A DNA stretch of 64,000 nucleotides from positions 62,001 to 126,000 of the forward strand of contig NIVC01001678.1 in NCBI GenBank assembly GCA_002269645.1, written 5' to 3'. Position numbers and translations under genes: made by a program. Source of the stretch: Macrostomum lignano (lineage: Eukaryota). Position 1 is the stretch's first letter. Every line of letters begins with the position of its first letter. A model generated the notes under the pieces. It did not search any database. It worked only from the letters and a program-made list of their open reading frames with translations, and was not told where the DNA came from. Below, piece by piece: positions 37,001 to 52,400 of the stretch.

Positions 37001-37850
37001 GCCAAACTGAGGACTCGGGAAGCAAATGGCGCCAAACTGAGGACTCGGGAAGCAAATGGCGCCAAACTGAGGACTCCGGAAGCAAATGGCACCAAACTGA
37101 GGACTCAAAAAGCAAATGGCGCCAAACTGAGGACTCGGGAAGCAAATGGCGCTAGACTGAGAACTCTGGAACCAAATGGAGCTAAACTGAGAACTCTGGA
37201 AGCAAATGGCGCTAAACTGAGGACTCGGGAACCAAATGGCGCCAAACTGAGAACTCTGGAACCAAAAGGCGTCAAACTGAGGACTCGGGAACCAAAAGGC
37301 GTCAAACTGAGGACTCTGGAACCAAAAGGCGTCAAACTGAGGACTCGGGAACCAAATGGCGCCAAACTGAGAACTCTGGAACCAAAAGGCGTCAAACTGA
37401 GGACACGGGAACCAAATGGCGCCAAACTGAGAACTCTGGAACCAAATGGCACCAAACTGAGAACTCTGGAACCAAATGGCACCAAACTGAAAGCTCTGGA
37501 ACCAAATGGCGCCAAACTGAGAACTCTGGAACCAAATGGCACCAAACTGAAAGCTCTGGAAGCAAATGGCGCCAAACTGAAAGCTCTGGAAGAAATGGCG
37601 CCAAACCGGAAACCACATTTAAACGCCATATTTGGTACACAGACAAACATTAAAAAAGAGCAAAAATAGTTTTTTTCACTCACCGTTCCAGAAACTGCGA
37701 GACATTCTTTGACTTTCGTATCAATGGATATTTCAAATCGTCGCACAGGGCGCTAACGCAGTCTAGCAGGCTATCAATATTGATAGCTGAGCTATTGCGC
37801 AGAATCTCGGACTCAATAGCCTGCTGACCGCCTGTATTGTTGCTGCTCAT
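28060..37850 (-). CDS. ROCK: Rho-associated protein kinase (ROCK), 1277 aa, 8 exons
   Basis: Exons 37684-37850, 35016-35274, 32976-34057, 32160-32426, 31267-31719, 30276-30845, 28931-29477, 28060-28548 (3834 nt, phases consistent). N-terminal [13 protein letters not shown]; kinase motifs [33 protein letters not shown]; long coiled coil; Rho-binding LKNEAVNKL; PH domain split by a C1 domain (HKF...CDVC...ECRQC...H...C). Confidence 0.97.
28590..28800. repeat. Two short adjacent arrays (~32-bp x3 and 30-bp x4) in ROCK intron 7
   Basis: Units ttggctctgggccaagctgtgtggcattgggt and aagccacaggtaggatttggggcgatttt. Confidence 0.85.
29705..30190. repeat. Degenerate (AATG/AATC)n microsatellite tract in ROCK intron 6
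   Basis: tgaa/tcaa runs. Confidence 0.9.
30880..31264. repeat. 39-bp minisatellite starting at the ROCK intron 5 donor site
   Basis: Unit actctcgggtcaccaatctcactgaggtcacgaacccgac. It abuts the donor at 31265-31266. Confidence 0.95.
31870..32115. repeat. ~25-36-bp minisatellites in ROCK intron 4
   Basis: tgtgaatagtgtcaggtcacaatgt units, then longer variants. Confidence 0.85.
32450..32930. repeat. 24/25-bp minisatellite in ROCK intron 3
   Basis: Unit cccctactcagcctcaatctgagc. Confidence 0.95.
34160..34930. repeat. 18-bp minisatellite in ROCK intron 2
   Basis: Unit gggatcaaagtaggttat. Confidence 0.95.
35360..35690. repeat. 32-bp minisatellite in ROCK intron 1
   Basis: Unit gacccactgaaagacctgaggaaatggtggta. 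Confidence 0.95.
36610..37600. repeat. 30-bp minisatellite in ROCK intron 1
   Basis: Unit agcaaatggcgccaaactgaggactcggga. Confidence 0.95.
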
Positions 37851-38329
37851 TATTATAAGCAAATTATAAAAAGAATTTGTTTTTTTATCAGTCTGGCAAA
37901 TATGGCAGCATGCAACAAATTGATAAATAAAAGTCGATGAATGAATGAACTAAATTTGATAAGAAACAGGAGCCTTTCTTTAATCGAAATTCTACTTTTC
38001 ATCTCCGTTGCTTTCGCATTCAAGAAACAAGTGGAGACGCTGGTTACGGCCGGCAGAAGCAGCAACAGAAGTTGCAATGCGCAAAAAAATTCGGCCTTTA
38101 GACTGCATGCACAATAACTGTGTACCCACACTATAACTGAACAGCAGCTAGTCAAGGTAGTAAACAAAAATAATACGGTTCAAAGCTAATATTAATAATA
38201 CCACTTGACTCTAGTACTTTATTGCACAGCACAATATGATACATTGGTTTTATAACTGCGTCTACGTTGGAATTCACTTTACTCCACTTTTAGAGGGGCA
38301 ACTCTTTACTCCTGCCTACCCATTACTCA

Positions 38330-39310
38330 CCAATCTCTACTCTCCCCTACCCTACTCTACCTGGTCTCTACTCTCTCCTGCCCCACTCTAACGGGTCTCT
38401 ACTCTCCCCTACCCTACTCTACCTGGTCTCTACTCTCTCCTGCCCCACTCTAACGGGTCTCTACTCTCCCCTACCCTACTCTACCTGGTCTCTACTCTCC
38501 CCTACCCTACTCTACCTGGTCTCTACTCTCCCCTACCCTACTCTACCTGGTCTCTACTTTCCCCTACCCTACTCTACCTGGTCTCTACTCTCCCCTACCC
38601 TACTCTACCTGGTCTCTACTCTCCCCTACCCTACTCTACCTGGTCTCTACTTTCCCCTACCCTACTCTACCTGGTCTCTACTCTCCCCTACCCTACTCTA
38701 CCTGGTCTCTACTCTCCCCTACCCCACTCTAACGGGTCTCTACTCTCTCCTACCCTACTCTACCGGGTCTCTAGTCTCTCCTACCCTACTCTACCTGGTC
38801 TCTACTCTCTCCTGCCCCACTCTAACGGGTCTCTACTCTCCCCTACCCTACTCTACCTGGTCTCTACTCTCCCCTACCCTACTCTACCTGGTCTCTACTC
38901 TCCCCTACCCTACTCTACCTGGTCTCTACTCTCCCCTACCCTACTCTACCTGGTCTCTACTCTCCCCTACCCCACTCTAACGGGTCTCTACTCTCTCCTA
39001 CCCTACTCTACCGGGTCTCTGCTCTCTCCTACCCCACTCTAACGGGTCTCTACTCTCCCCTACCCTACTCTACCTGGTCTCTACTCTCCCCTACCCTACT
39101 CTACCGGGTCTCTACTCTCCCCTACCCTACTCTACCTGGTCTCTACTCTCCCCTACCCTACTCTACCTGGTCTCTACTCTCTCCTGCCCCACTCTAACGG
39201 GTCTCTACTCTTCACTACGCAATCTGTCGGTCTCTACTCTACTCTGCCGGGTCTGTACCCCCCCCAATCCCACTCTGCCGGGTCTCTAACCCTCCATCCC
39301 ACTCTACTCT
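38330..39310. repeat. 31-bp CT-rich minisatellite upstream of ROCK (partial second copy 49481-50140)
   Basis: Unit ctactctcccctaccctactctacctggtct. It contains the left breakpoint of the duplication. Confidence 0.95.
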
Positions 39311-39796
39311 CCTCTTCCGCAGCTTCTTACGTTGACACATTTTTTCTTCAACTTACACTTTTGAACTAATAAAATGTAAATATTAATAAAAAATGACCAA
39401 GTCAGACACTTCCCAGCAAATGCATCCGACACGGGAACGGAAATGCACCATTTTTATTTGAATCATTTTTTTATCTGTTCTTTAAAGCAAATAGCGAAAA
39501 CAGCGAACTGTAAAGCGTATCTGGCATTTATCAACATCGAATGACTGGCTTATTAAGCAAGCGCCAGTGTTTAGGCTCACCATTGAAACAAACAACACAA
39601 AACTGCAGCTGCTGCTGAAATCGAAATTTAACAATATAATTAACCAGGTATGTCTGAAAATAGAATTCACGACGCAGGTAGCTACTTACGTGTTTCTCGA
39701 ATTATAGGATATAAGGAAATCCAGAGGAATAGCTAGAAGATACTTTCTGCCTTTTTGTCAGAAGTAAGTTCAAAAGTTCAATTCAAAGCGGGAGTT

Positions 39797-42555
39797 GTAT
39801 CCCATAGGACCCGAGCTCGATTCCAGGTATCCCATAGGACCCGAGCTCGATTCCAGGTATCCCATAGGACCCGAGCTCGATTCCAGGTATCCCATAGGAC
39901 CCGAGCTCGATTCCAGGTATCCCATAGAACCCGAGCTCGATTCCAGGTATCCCATAGGACCCGAGCTCGATTCCAGGTATCCCATAGGACCCGAGCTCGA
40001 TTCCAGGTATCCCATAGAACCCGAGCTCGATTCCAGGTATCCCATAGGACCCGAGCTCGATTCCAGGTATCCCATAGGACCCGAGCTCGATTTCAGGTAT
40101 CCCATAGGACCCGAGCTCGATTCCAGGTATCACATAGGACCCGAGCTCGATTCCAGGTATCCCATAGGACCCGAGCTCGATTCCAGGTATCCCATAGAAC
40201 CCGAGCTCGATTCCAGGTATCCCATAGGACCCGAGCTCGATTCCAGGTATCCCATAGAACCCGAGCTCGATTCCAGGTATCCCATATGACCCGAGCTCGA
40301 TTCCAGGTATTCCATATGACCCGAGCTCGGTTCCAGGTATCCCATAGGACCCGAGCTCGATTCCAGGTATTCCATAAGACCCGAGCTCGGTTCCAGGTAT
40401 CCCATAGAACCCGAGCTCGATTCCAGGTATCCCATATGACCCAAGCTCGGTTCTAGGTATCCCATAGGACCCGAGCTCGATTCCAGGTATCCCATAGAAC
40501 CCGAGCTCGATTCCAGGTATTCCATATGATCCGAGCTCGATTCCAGGTATCCCATATGACCCGAGCTCGATTCCAGGTATTCCATAGGACCCGAGCTCGA
40601 TTCCAGGTATCCCATATGACCCGAGCTCGATTCCAGGTATTCCATATGACCCGAGCTCGATTCCAGGTATCCCATAGAACCCGAGCTCGATTCCAGGTAT
40701 CCCATAGGACCCGAGCTCGATTCCAGGTATCCCATAGGACCCGAGCTCGATTCCAGGTATCCCATAGAACCCGAGCTCGATTCCAGGTATCCCATATGAC
40801 CCGAGCTCGGTTCTAGGTATCCCATAGGACCCGAGCTCGATTCCAGGTATCCCATATGATCCGAGCTCGATTCCAGGTATCCCATATGACCTGAGCTCGG
40901 TTCTAGGTATCCCATAGGACCCGAGCTCGATTCCAGGTATCCCATATGACCCGAGCTCGATTCCAGGTATCCCATAGAACCCGAGCTCGATTCCAGGTAC
41001 CCCATATGACCCGAGCTCGATTCCAGGTATCTATGACCCGAGCTCGATTCCAGGTATTCCATAGGACCCGAGCTCGATTCCAGGTATCCCATAGAACCCG
41101 AGCTCGATTCCAGGTATCCCATATGACCCGAGCTCGATTCCAGGCATTCCATATGACCCGAGCTCGATTCCAGGTATTCCATAAGACCCGAGCTCGGTTC
41201 CAGGTATCCCATATGATCCGAGCTCGATTCCAGGTATTCCATAGGACCCGAGCTCGATTCCAGGTATCCCATAGAACCCGAGCTCGATTCCAGGTATCCC
41301 ATATGACCCGAGCTCGGTTCTAGGTATCCCATAGGACTCGAGCTCGATTCCAGGTATCCCATAGAACCCGAGCTCGATTCCAGGTATCCCATATGATCCG
41401 AGCTCGATTCCAGGTATCCCATATGACCTGAGCTCGGTTCTAGGTATCCCATAGGACCCGAGCTCGATTCCAGGTATTCCATATGACCCGAGCTCGATTC
41501 CAGGTATCCCATAGGACCCGAGCTCGATTCCAGGTATCCCATAGAACCCGAGCTCGATTCCAGGTATTCCATAAGACCCGAGCTCGGTTCCAGGTATCCC
41601 ATATGATCCGAGCTCGATTCCAGGTATTCCATAGGACCCGAGCTCGATTCCAGGTATCCCATAGAACCCGAGCTCGATTCCAGGTATCCCATATGACCCG
41701 AGCTCGGTTCTAGGTATCCCATAGGACCCGAGCTCGATTCCAGGTATCTATGACCCGAGCTCGATTCCAGGTATCCCATAGGACCCGAGCTCGATTCCAG
41801 GTATCCCATAGAACCCGAGCTCGATTCCAGGTATTCCATAAGACCCGAGCTCGGTTCCAGGTATCCCATAGGACCCGAGCTCGATTCCAGGTATTCCATA
41901 GGACCCGAGCTCGATTCCAGGTATCCCATAGAACCCGAGCTCGATTCCAGGTATCCCATATGACCCGAGCTCGGTTCTAGGTATCCCATAGGACTCGAGC
42001 TCGATTCCAGGTATCCCATAGAACCCGAGCTCGATTCCAGGTATCCCATATGATCCGAGCTCGATTCCAGGTATCCCATATGACCTGAGCTCGGTTCTAG
42101 GTATCCCATAGGACCCGAGCTCGATTCCAGGTATCCCATATGACCCGAGCTCGATTCCAGGTATCCCATAGGACCCGAGCTCGATTCCAGGTATTCCATA
42201 AGACCCGAGCTCGGTTCCAGGTATCCCATATGATCCGAGCTCGATTCCAGGTATCCCATAGGACCCGAGCTCGATTCCAGGTATCCCATAAGACCCGAGC
42301 TCGGTTCCAGGTATCCCATAGGACCCGAGCTCGATTCCAGGTATTCCATAGGACCCGAGCTCGATTCCAGGTATCCCATAGGACCCGAGCTCGATTCCAG
42401 GTATCCCATAAGACCCGAGCTCGGTTCCAGGTATCCCATAGGACCCGAGCTCGATTCCAGGTATCCCATAGGACCCGAGCTCGATTCCAGGTATTCCATA
42501 GGACCCGAGCTCGATTCCAGGTATCCTATAGGACCCGAGCTCGATTCCAAGTATC
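39797..42555. repeat. 30-bp minisatellite, ~92 units, each with the palindrome CGAGCTCG (second copy ~50626-53384)
   Basis: Unit cccataggacccgagctcgattccaggtat. Two 27-bp units lie 717 bp apart (41031, 41748). Confidence 0.97.
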
Positions 42556-42713
42556 AAATAGAATTCCAATTCGATTTAAGGCGAGAATTGTTTGGGATGC
42601 TATTAAAATTTTGGACAATTTAAATCTCTAGAGACGACGAGATAACTTTGCTGTATTAGGAAGCATTTAAAACAAGATTTTCCTGTCAGATCAAACCGCT
42701 ACCATATTAAATC

Positions 42714-45646
<2,933 letters not shown>

Positions 45647-46515
45647 TCTCTCTTTGTCCACTTTTGATTGCAATTTAGAACAAGTTTCACTAAAAATAAT
45701 ATAAATCAACTCAGTTAATCAGTGCAAAATGGTAATAAAAACGTTAAAATTCAATTAAAAATGACTTCAAAATTTATACTTTAACCACATGAATGAAATA
45801 TTCTTGGCTATTTTAATACTTGGTAGCCATATATAATTTGGTACCATGAAACATTTAAATAAACTTGAATCAAATTAAAATTGTATATTCAAAATATCCC
45901 AAGAAAACTGATATTTCAGAAATATATAAATACAAAGATAGCCTCAAATATACACACTACTTTTGCTTTTACTCTGACAATTGAAAAAGAGATGCAATAG
46001 AAAATACAATTTGAAAAAAGCTAAGCCTAGATCATGAATTACTGTTTTATTTATTTAGAAAGAAGTTTTAAATATTGCATTAAAATCCAACTTGGACTAG
46101 AAAATATTTAGGCAAGCTTGAATTGACAAAAATGAGGGATTATGATTGCTTTTGCAAACATTTTTGTTGCCATGGCCTTTCAATAACCCTAGGTAGAACA
46201 CTAAAATAATATAAGTACATCATTGAGTTTTAGAAAAGCAAAAGTTGTAAGCCAAAGCCATATAATATAATTTTTGTGCAACCATTTTACTAAAATAGGC
46301 CTGCTTTGTTAAAAAACATTTTATAATAAATAAGGGGTAAAAGAGACACTTCTGTAATAAAATATTATTGACATATTCTAATAAGTTATTCTAAGTTATA
46401 TTTTTCAATATTATGCCTTTAGCATGAATTTTTTAATTAAATTTCAATATTTTCTAAATGTCAAAGCTTATAGGAAAGGGGAATAGCTGAGATGTCAAGG
46501 CTCTTTGGGGAATTG

Positions 46516-47267
46516 CTAATTGCAAAGCACTATAGCTTCATTTAATTTTTATATGACATTTCTTTCATGGCTGACATGACACTTCTATGATTTTTTCATG
46601 ATGCTTCTATGATTTTTTTACATGACGCTTCTATGATTTTTTACATGACACTTCTATGATTGTTTACATGATGCTTCTGATTTTTTGACATGATGCTTCT
46701 ATGGTTTTTTCATGATGCCTTTAGTCCTTTACTAGTCTTTTAATAAAAGCTTTCAATAAGAATTTTCACTAGTAAGATTCAAACCCAGGTTGCTGCATTA
46801 GCAGTCCAGTCTGTTCACATCTAGGCTAGCTCGTAACAAATTTATAAATAAAAATGTAGCACTTATAATTCAACACTCACTCACTGAGCAGTTATGACAT
46901 AATCAATATCTCAGGCAATTCAGTATCAGTCTCAATTAAAGTTGACAATATAGTTATGCAATCTAAATCAAGTCTAGTGCTATGTGATGTAATCTACTCC
47001 AGAATCAGAATTCAACCAGTCAGTTTTTTCTCTAGCATTCTTACAATATATTTAAAGTTGAAAGAGCTGCTTGACCTTTGCAAAAAAGCATGTTTTTGAA
47101 TATTTAATGCCTTTAGCATTGAGCAATTTCTTAGCCAAGACACATGTACCATTACAGAAAATTTCTGATTAAACAGTGCAAGTCTCAAGAAATTTGGTTA
47201 AGCCATTCAGGAGATAATCGATTGCGCAATAACATACATACAAGATTTTCTTTTTTGGTATATTGGA
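46516..47267 (-). mobile_element. Second, diverged copy of the Helitron-like/tRNA-like repeat (third copy ~57343-58094 via the duplication)
   Basis: Same order as 13307-14837: TC start with gtatgtatgt, conserved core, tRNA-like segment (46767-46833), short ~22-bp minisatellite, and a small hairpin aagc-tatagt-gctt near the 3' end. Confidence 0.55.
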
Positions 47268-48420
47268 AAAGCAAGCAAGCATATAAACCTTAGAGATTTA
47301 GTATATTTAGATTAGTTGACAAGGCATTTGGCCTTAATAAGACAGTCATAGTTACTCCTGCTGTTTATATAAATCCATACTAAACTACAATACAAACTGC
47401 CTTAACTCTAGCTAGGACATGATATTAAAAAATTCCAAAATGGCAATAGATGGTTAGATGCCTTTTGTCTACTTATTCTAATAGGAGGCACACTTTAGTG
47501 CTTTGCTAAAAAGATCAGCTGCTGAATAGTCACTTGATAAGCCATTAAAGAATTCAATTGGTAGGAAGTATATCTTATATCTAAAGTTGAGTGGATCAAT
47601 CGACTGGCTGGGTTTAACGTGTATCTCCTCCTAGACGGCTGGCAACTCAAATGTGAGACTTATATATATCAATGTATAATTTTCCTACACAACAAATAGG
47701 CAATTTTAATGTTGAAAATTTAAAATTTAAGTCTGTTAAAATAGCAGAAAACTGTTTTCTTAACCTTCTTTGGCCACTTTGCCTCTCTAGTGGCATAGTT
47801 GTAAAAACAACCACCCCAACCTACCCCTGCAGGTCGCTGTGTTTTGGAGGGGTAGGTGAGGCATGTTCTGGGTTCAATGCAAATAAAACCCCCAGTGTTG
47901 GGGGTGCAGTAAAATTTAATGATTCCCCCGGAATAGGGGGTGGTTTGGGCTGAGTGTACATAGCAAAGTACATTGTAAACAGATAGATAGGACTGTGTCA
48001 AGATTCAATTGGTTTTATTACTGGCACCTTTCAAAAGGCAGCCTTGTGTATTAGCTGGACAGTGAAATTCAATGAATAAACAGCAGGCAGGTGAATGTAC
48101 ATGCGATACTTAATGCTTTAAATTGTGAATTTCAAACGTTAAATGTTCCTTAAGTTTTAAACTTTGAGAAAAGAGACTTATATTGCTGGAAGGATCTTGC
48201 AACGCTGAATTCGGGGATATAAGTTATTTGCTATAAATATGAAAACAAAAAGCACAGTATTGAAAAATCAATTTCATACTTTAAAACTTTCTACTAAGAT
48301 TGTAGTTGGGGGGTTGTGTATACAAATTCAAGCCAGCTATCATTTGAGTAATTTCAGTAATGGAAGGAGGCGGGTGACAAATTTCAATTGGTTTGATTAT
48401 TTGCGCTTTCAGTCTGTCAG

Positions 48421-49480
48421 ATAAAAGAGTAGAGAGAAGAGAGATTTTAGGGAGAAGAGAGGATAGAATGATAGAAAAGACAGTAGATATGAGAGATTAA
48501 AGTCAACAGAGGGGAGAGAAGAGGGGAGTGAGGCGGGAATGAAGACAGAGAGCAAAAAGAAGAGAATGTAGAGGGAAGGAAGGAGGGGAGAGAGGAAAAA
48601 TGAGAGAGCAAAGGAGGGAAAAAAGATGGGAGGAGAGACGAGAGAGAAAAGAGAAGAGAGAGAGAGGATAAGTTAGAGGAGAGGCAATAGATAAGTGAGT
48701 AGAGATTAGAGATGAGAGAGAAGAGGAGAGATAAGAGAGAATTGAGAGAAGACAGGAGAGAAGAGATAAGAGAAAGAAGCGAGAAGAGAAGGGAGAGAGG
48801 AGAGAGATGAGAAAAGAAATGAGAGAGCAAAGGGGAAAGATGAGAGAATAGAGATGAGAAAATAGAGATGAGAGTGCAGAGGAGAGATGAGAGATGGGAG
48901 ATGATTGATGAGAAAGTAAGAGTAGAGATGAGAGGAGATGAGAGCAGAGAGAAAAGAGAAGAGATTAGATAAAGGAGCAAAGAGGAGAGAGGAGACAGGA
49001 GAAAGTCGCAGTCTGGACGATGGCAGTCAATTTTTGCAAATAGAGAAAGCATGCTATGATATTTCAGAGGTTTTATGGAGGATTTGAAAGATTTGGAAGA
49101 TTTTTTGACGTATACCCAGACAAGTAAAAAGCATATTTTTATAGACTTCAGTTTCATAGTCTTGATTGACTGAAATTTGATAGAGATAATATTTTTTTAA
49201 TTGATGGATTGTAGCTTGAAGGAGATGATACATGCTGGATTTCAGTTTAACAGAGGATTTTGATGATATCTGTTTCATGGAGAGGATGAAATGGCTAAAT
49301 GAAAGGGAATAGAGAAAAGAGAAAAGGAAAGAGAAGATAAAAGATTAGATGAAAAAGAACATGAAAAGAGAGAATTAAAAGGGACAGATTAGAGAAAAGA
49401 AAAAGAGAATAAAGGCGAAAGAAGAGATGAGGGAATTGAGAGAAGAGAGAAGAGGGGATAAGAGAGGAGAAAAAGGAGAC
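48421..49480. repeat. AG-rich low-complexity tract with an internal unique spacer (full version 59249-60480)
   Basis: Purine-rich + strand. The motif cagtctggac(g/a)atggcag...caatttt follows each AG block (~49005, ~59835, ~60480). Confidence 0.85.
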
Positions 49481-52400
49481 CCCCTACCCCACTCTAACGG
49501 GTCTCTACTCTCTCCTACCCTACTCTACCGGGTCTCTAGTCTCTCCTACCCTACTCTACCTGGTCTCTACTCTCTCCTGCCCCACTCTAACGGGTCTCTA
49601 CTCTCCCCTACCCTACTCTACCTGGTCTCTACTCTCCCCTACCCTACTCTACCTGGTCTCTACTCTCCCCTACCCTACTCTACCTGGTCTCTACTCTCCC
49701 CTACCCTACTCTACCTGGTCTCTACTCTCCCCTACCCCACTCTAACGGGTCTCTACTCTCTCCTACCCTACTCTACCTGGTCTCTACTCTCCCCTACCCC
49801 ACTCTAACGGGTCTCTACTCTCTCCTACCCTACTCTACCGGGTCTCTGCTCTCTCCTACCCCACTCTAACGGGTCTCTACTCTCCCCTACCCTACTCTAC
49901 CTGGTCTCTACTCTCCCCTACCCTACTCTACCGGGTCTCTACTCTCCCCTACCCTACTCTACCTGGTCTCTACTCTCCCCTACCCTACTCTACCTGGTCT
50001 CTACTCTCTCCTGCCCCACTCTAACGGGTCTCTACTCTTCACTACGCAATCTGTCGGTCTCTACTCTACTCTGCCGGGTCTGTACCCCCCCCCCAATCCC
50101 ACTCTGCCGGGTCTCTAACCCTCCATCCCACTCTACTCTCCTCTTCCGCAGCTTCTTACGTTGACACATTTTTTCTTCAACTTACACTTTTGAACTAATA
50201 AAATGTAAATATTAATAAAAAATGACCAAGTCAGACACTTCCCAGCAAATGCATCCGACACGGGAACGGAAATGCACCATTTTTATTTGAATCATTTTTT
50301 TATCTGTTCTTTAAAGCAAATAGCGAAAACAGCGAACTGTAAAGCGTATCTGGCATTTATCAACATCGAATGACTGGCTTATTAAGCAAGCGCCAGTGTT
50401 TAGGCTCACCATTGAAACAAACAACACAAAACTGCAGCTGCTGCTGAAATCGAAATTTAACAATATAATTAACCAGGTATGTCTGAAAATAGAATTCACG
50501 ACGCAGGTAGCTACTTACGTGTTTCTCGAATTATAGGATATAAGGAAATCCAGAGGAATAGCTAGAAGATACTTTCTGCCTTTTTGTCAGAAGTAAGTTC
50601 AAAAGTTCAATTCAAAGCGGGAGTTGTATCCCATAGGACCCGAGCTCGATTCCAGGTATCCCATAGGACCCGAGCTCGATTCCAGGTATCCCATAGGACC
50701 CGAGCTCGATTCCAGGTATCCCATAGGACCCGAGCTCGATTCCAGGTATCCCATAGAACCCGAGCTCGATTCCAGGTATCCCATAGGACCCGAGCTCGAT
50801 TCCAGGTATCCCATAGGACCCGAGCTCGATTCCAGGTATCCCATAGAACCCGAGCTCGATTCCAGGTATCCCATAGGACCCGAGCTCGATTCCAGGTATC
50901 CCATAGGACCCGAGCTCGATTTCAGGTATCCCATAGGACCCGAGCTCGATTCCAGGTATCACATAGGACCCGAGCTCGATTTCAGGTATCCCATAGGACC
51001 CGAGCTCGATTCCAGGTATCCCATAGAACCCGAGCTCGATTCCAGGTATCCCATAGGACCCGAGCTCGATTCCAGGTATCCCATAGAACCCGAGCTCGAT
51101 TCCAGGTATCCCATATGACCCGAGCTCGATTCCAGGTATTCCATATGACCCGAGCTCGGTTCCAGGTATCCCATAGGACCCGAGCTCGATTCCAGGTATT
51201 CCATAAGACCCGAGCTCGGTTCCAGGTATCCCATAGAACCCGAGCTCGATTCCAGGTATCCCATATGACCCAAGCTCGGTTCTAGGTATCCCATAGGACC
51301 CGAGCTCGATTCCAGGTATCCCATAGAACCCGAGCTCGATTCCAGGTATTCCATATGATCCGAGCTCGATTCCAGGTATCCCATATGACCCGAGCTCGAT
51401 TCCAGGTATTCCATAGGACCCGAGCTCGATTCCAGGTATCCCATATGACCCGAGCTCGATTCCAGGTATTCCATATGACCCGAGCTCGATTCCAGGTATC
51501 CCATAGAACCCGAGCTCGATTCCAGGTATCCCATAGGACCCGAGCTCGATTCCAGGTATCCCATAGGACCCGAGCTCGATTCCAGGTATCCCATAGAACC
51601 CGAGCTCGATTCCAGGTATCCCATATGACCCGAGCTCGGTTCTAGGTATCCCATAGGACCCGAGCTCGATTCCAGGTATCCCATATGATCCGAGCTCGAT
51701 TCCAGGTATCCCATATGACCTGAGCTCGGTTCTAGGTATCCCATAGGACCCGAGCTCGATTCCAGGTATCCCATATGACCCGAGCTCGATTCCAGGTATC
51801 CCATAGAACCCGAGCTCGATTCCAGGTACCCCATATGACCCGAGCTCGATTCCAGGTATCTATGACCCGAGCTCGATTCCAGGTATTCCATAGGACCCGA
51901 GCTCGATTCCAGGTATCCCATAGAACCCGAGCTCGATTCCAGGTATCCCATATGACCCGAGCTCGATTCCAGGCATTCCATATGACCCGAGCTCGATTCC
52001 AGGTATTCCATAAGACCCGAGCTCGGTTCCAGGTATCCCATATGATCCGAGCTCGATTCCAGGTATTCCATAGGACCCGAACTCGATTCCAGGTATCCCA
52101 TAGAACCCGAGCTCGATTCCAGGTATCCCATATGACCCGAGCTCGGTTCTAGGTATCCCATAGGACTCGAGCTCGATTCCAGGTATCCCATAGAACCCGA
52201 GCTCGATTCCAGGTATCCCATATGATCCGAGCTCGATTCCAGGTATCCCATATGACCTGAGCTCGGTTCTAGGTATCCCATAGGACCCGAGCTCGATTCC
52301 AGGTATCCCATATGACCCGAGCTCGATTCCAGGTATCCCATAGGACCCGAGCTCGATTCCAGGTATCCCATAGAACCCGAGCTCGATTCCAGGTATTCCA

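Noticed and set aside
36527-37746. 363-aa [10 protein letters not shown] repeat ORF and neighbours
   Set aside because: 30-bp minisatellite inside ROCK intron 1.
40130-42550. 806-aa ORF and overlapping 96-273-aa ORFs (repeated at 50959-53398)
   Set aside because: A 30-bp unit without a stop in that frame gives long ORFs automatically. There is no unique domain or splice support.
39797-42555. Regular palindromic ~30-bp repeats resembling a CRISPR array
   Set aside because: Units are contiguous with no unique spacers, there are no cas genes, and the context is eukaryotic. The same applies to the other 28-39-bp arrays.
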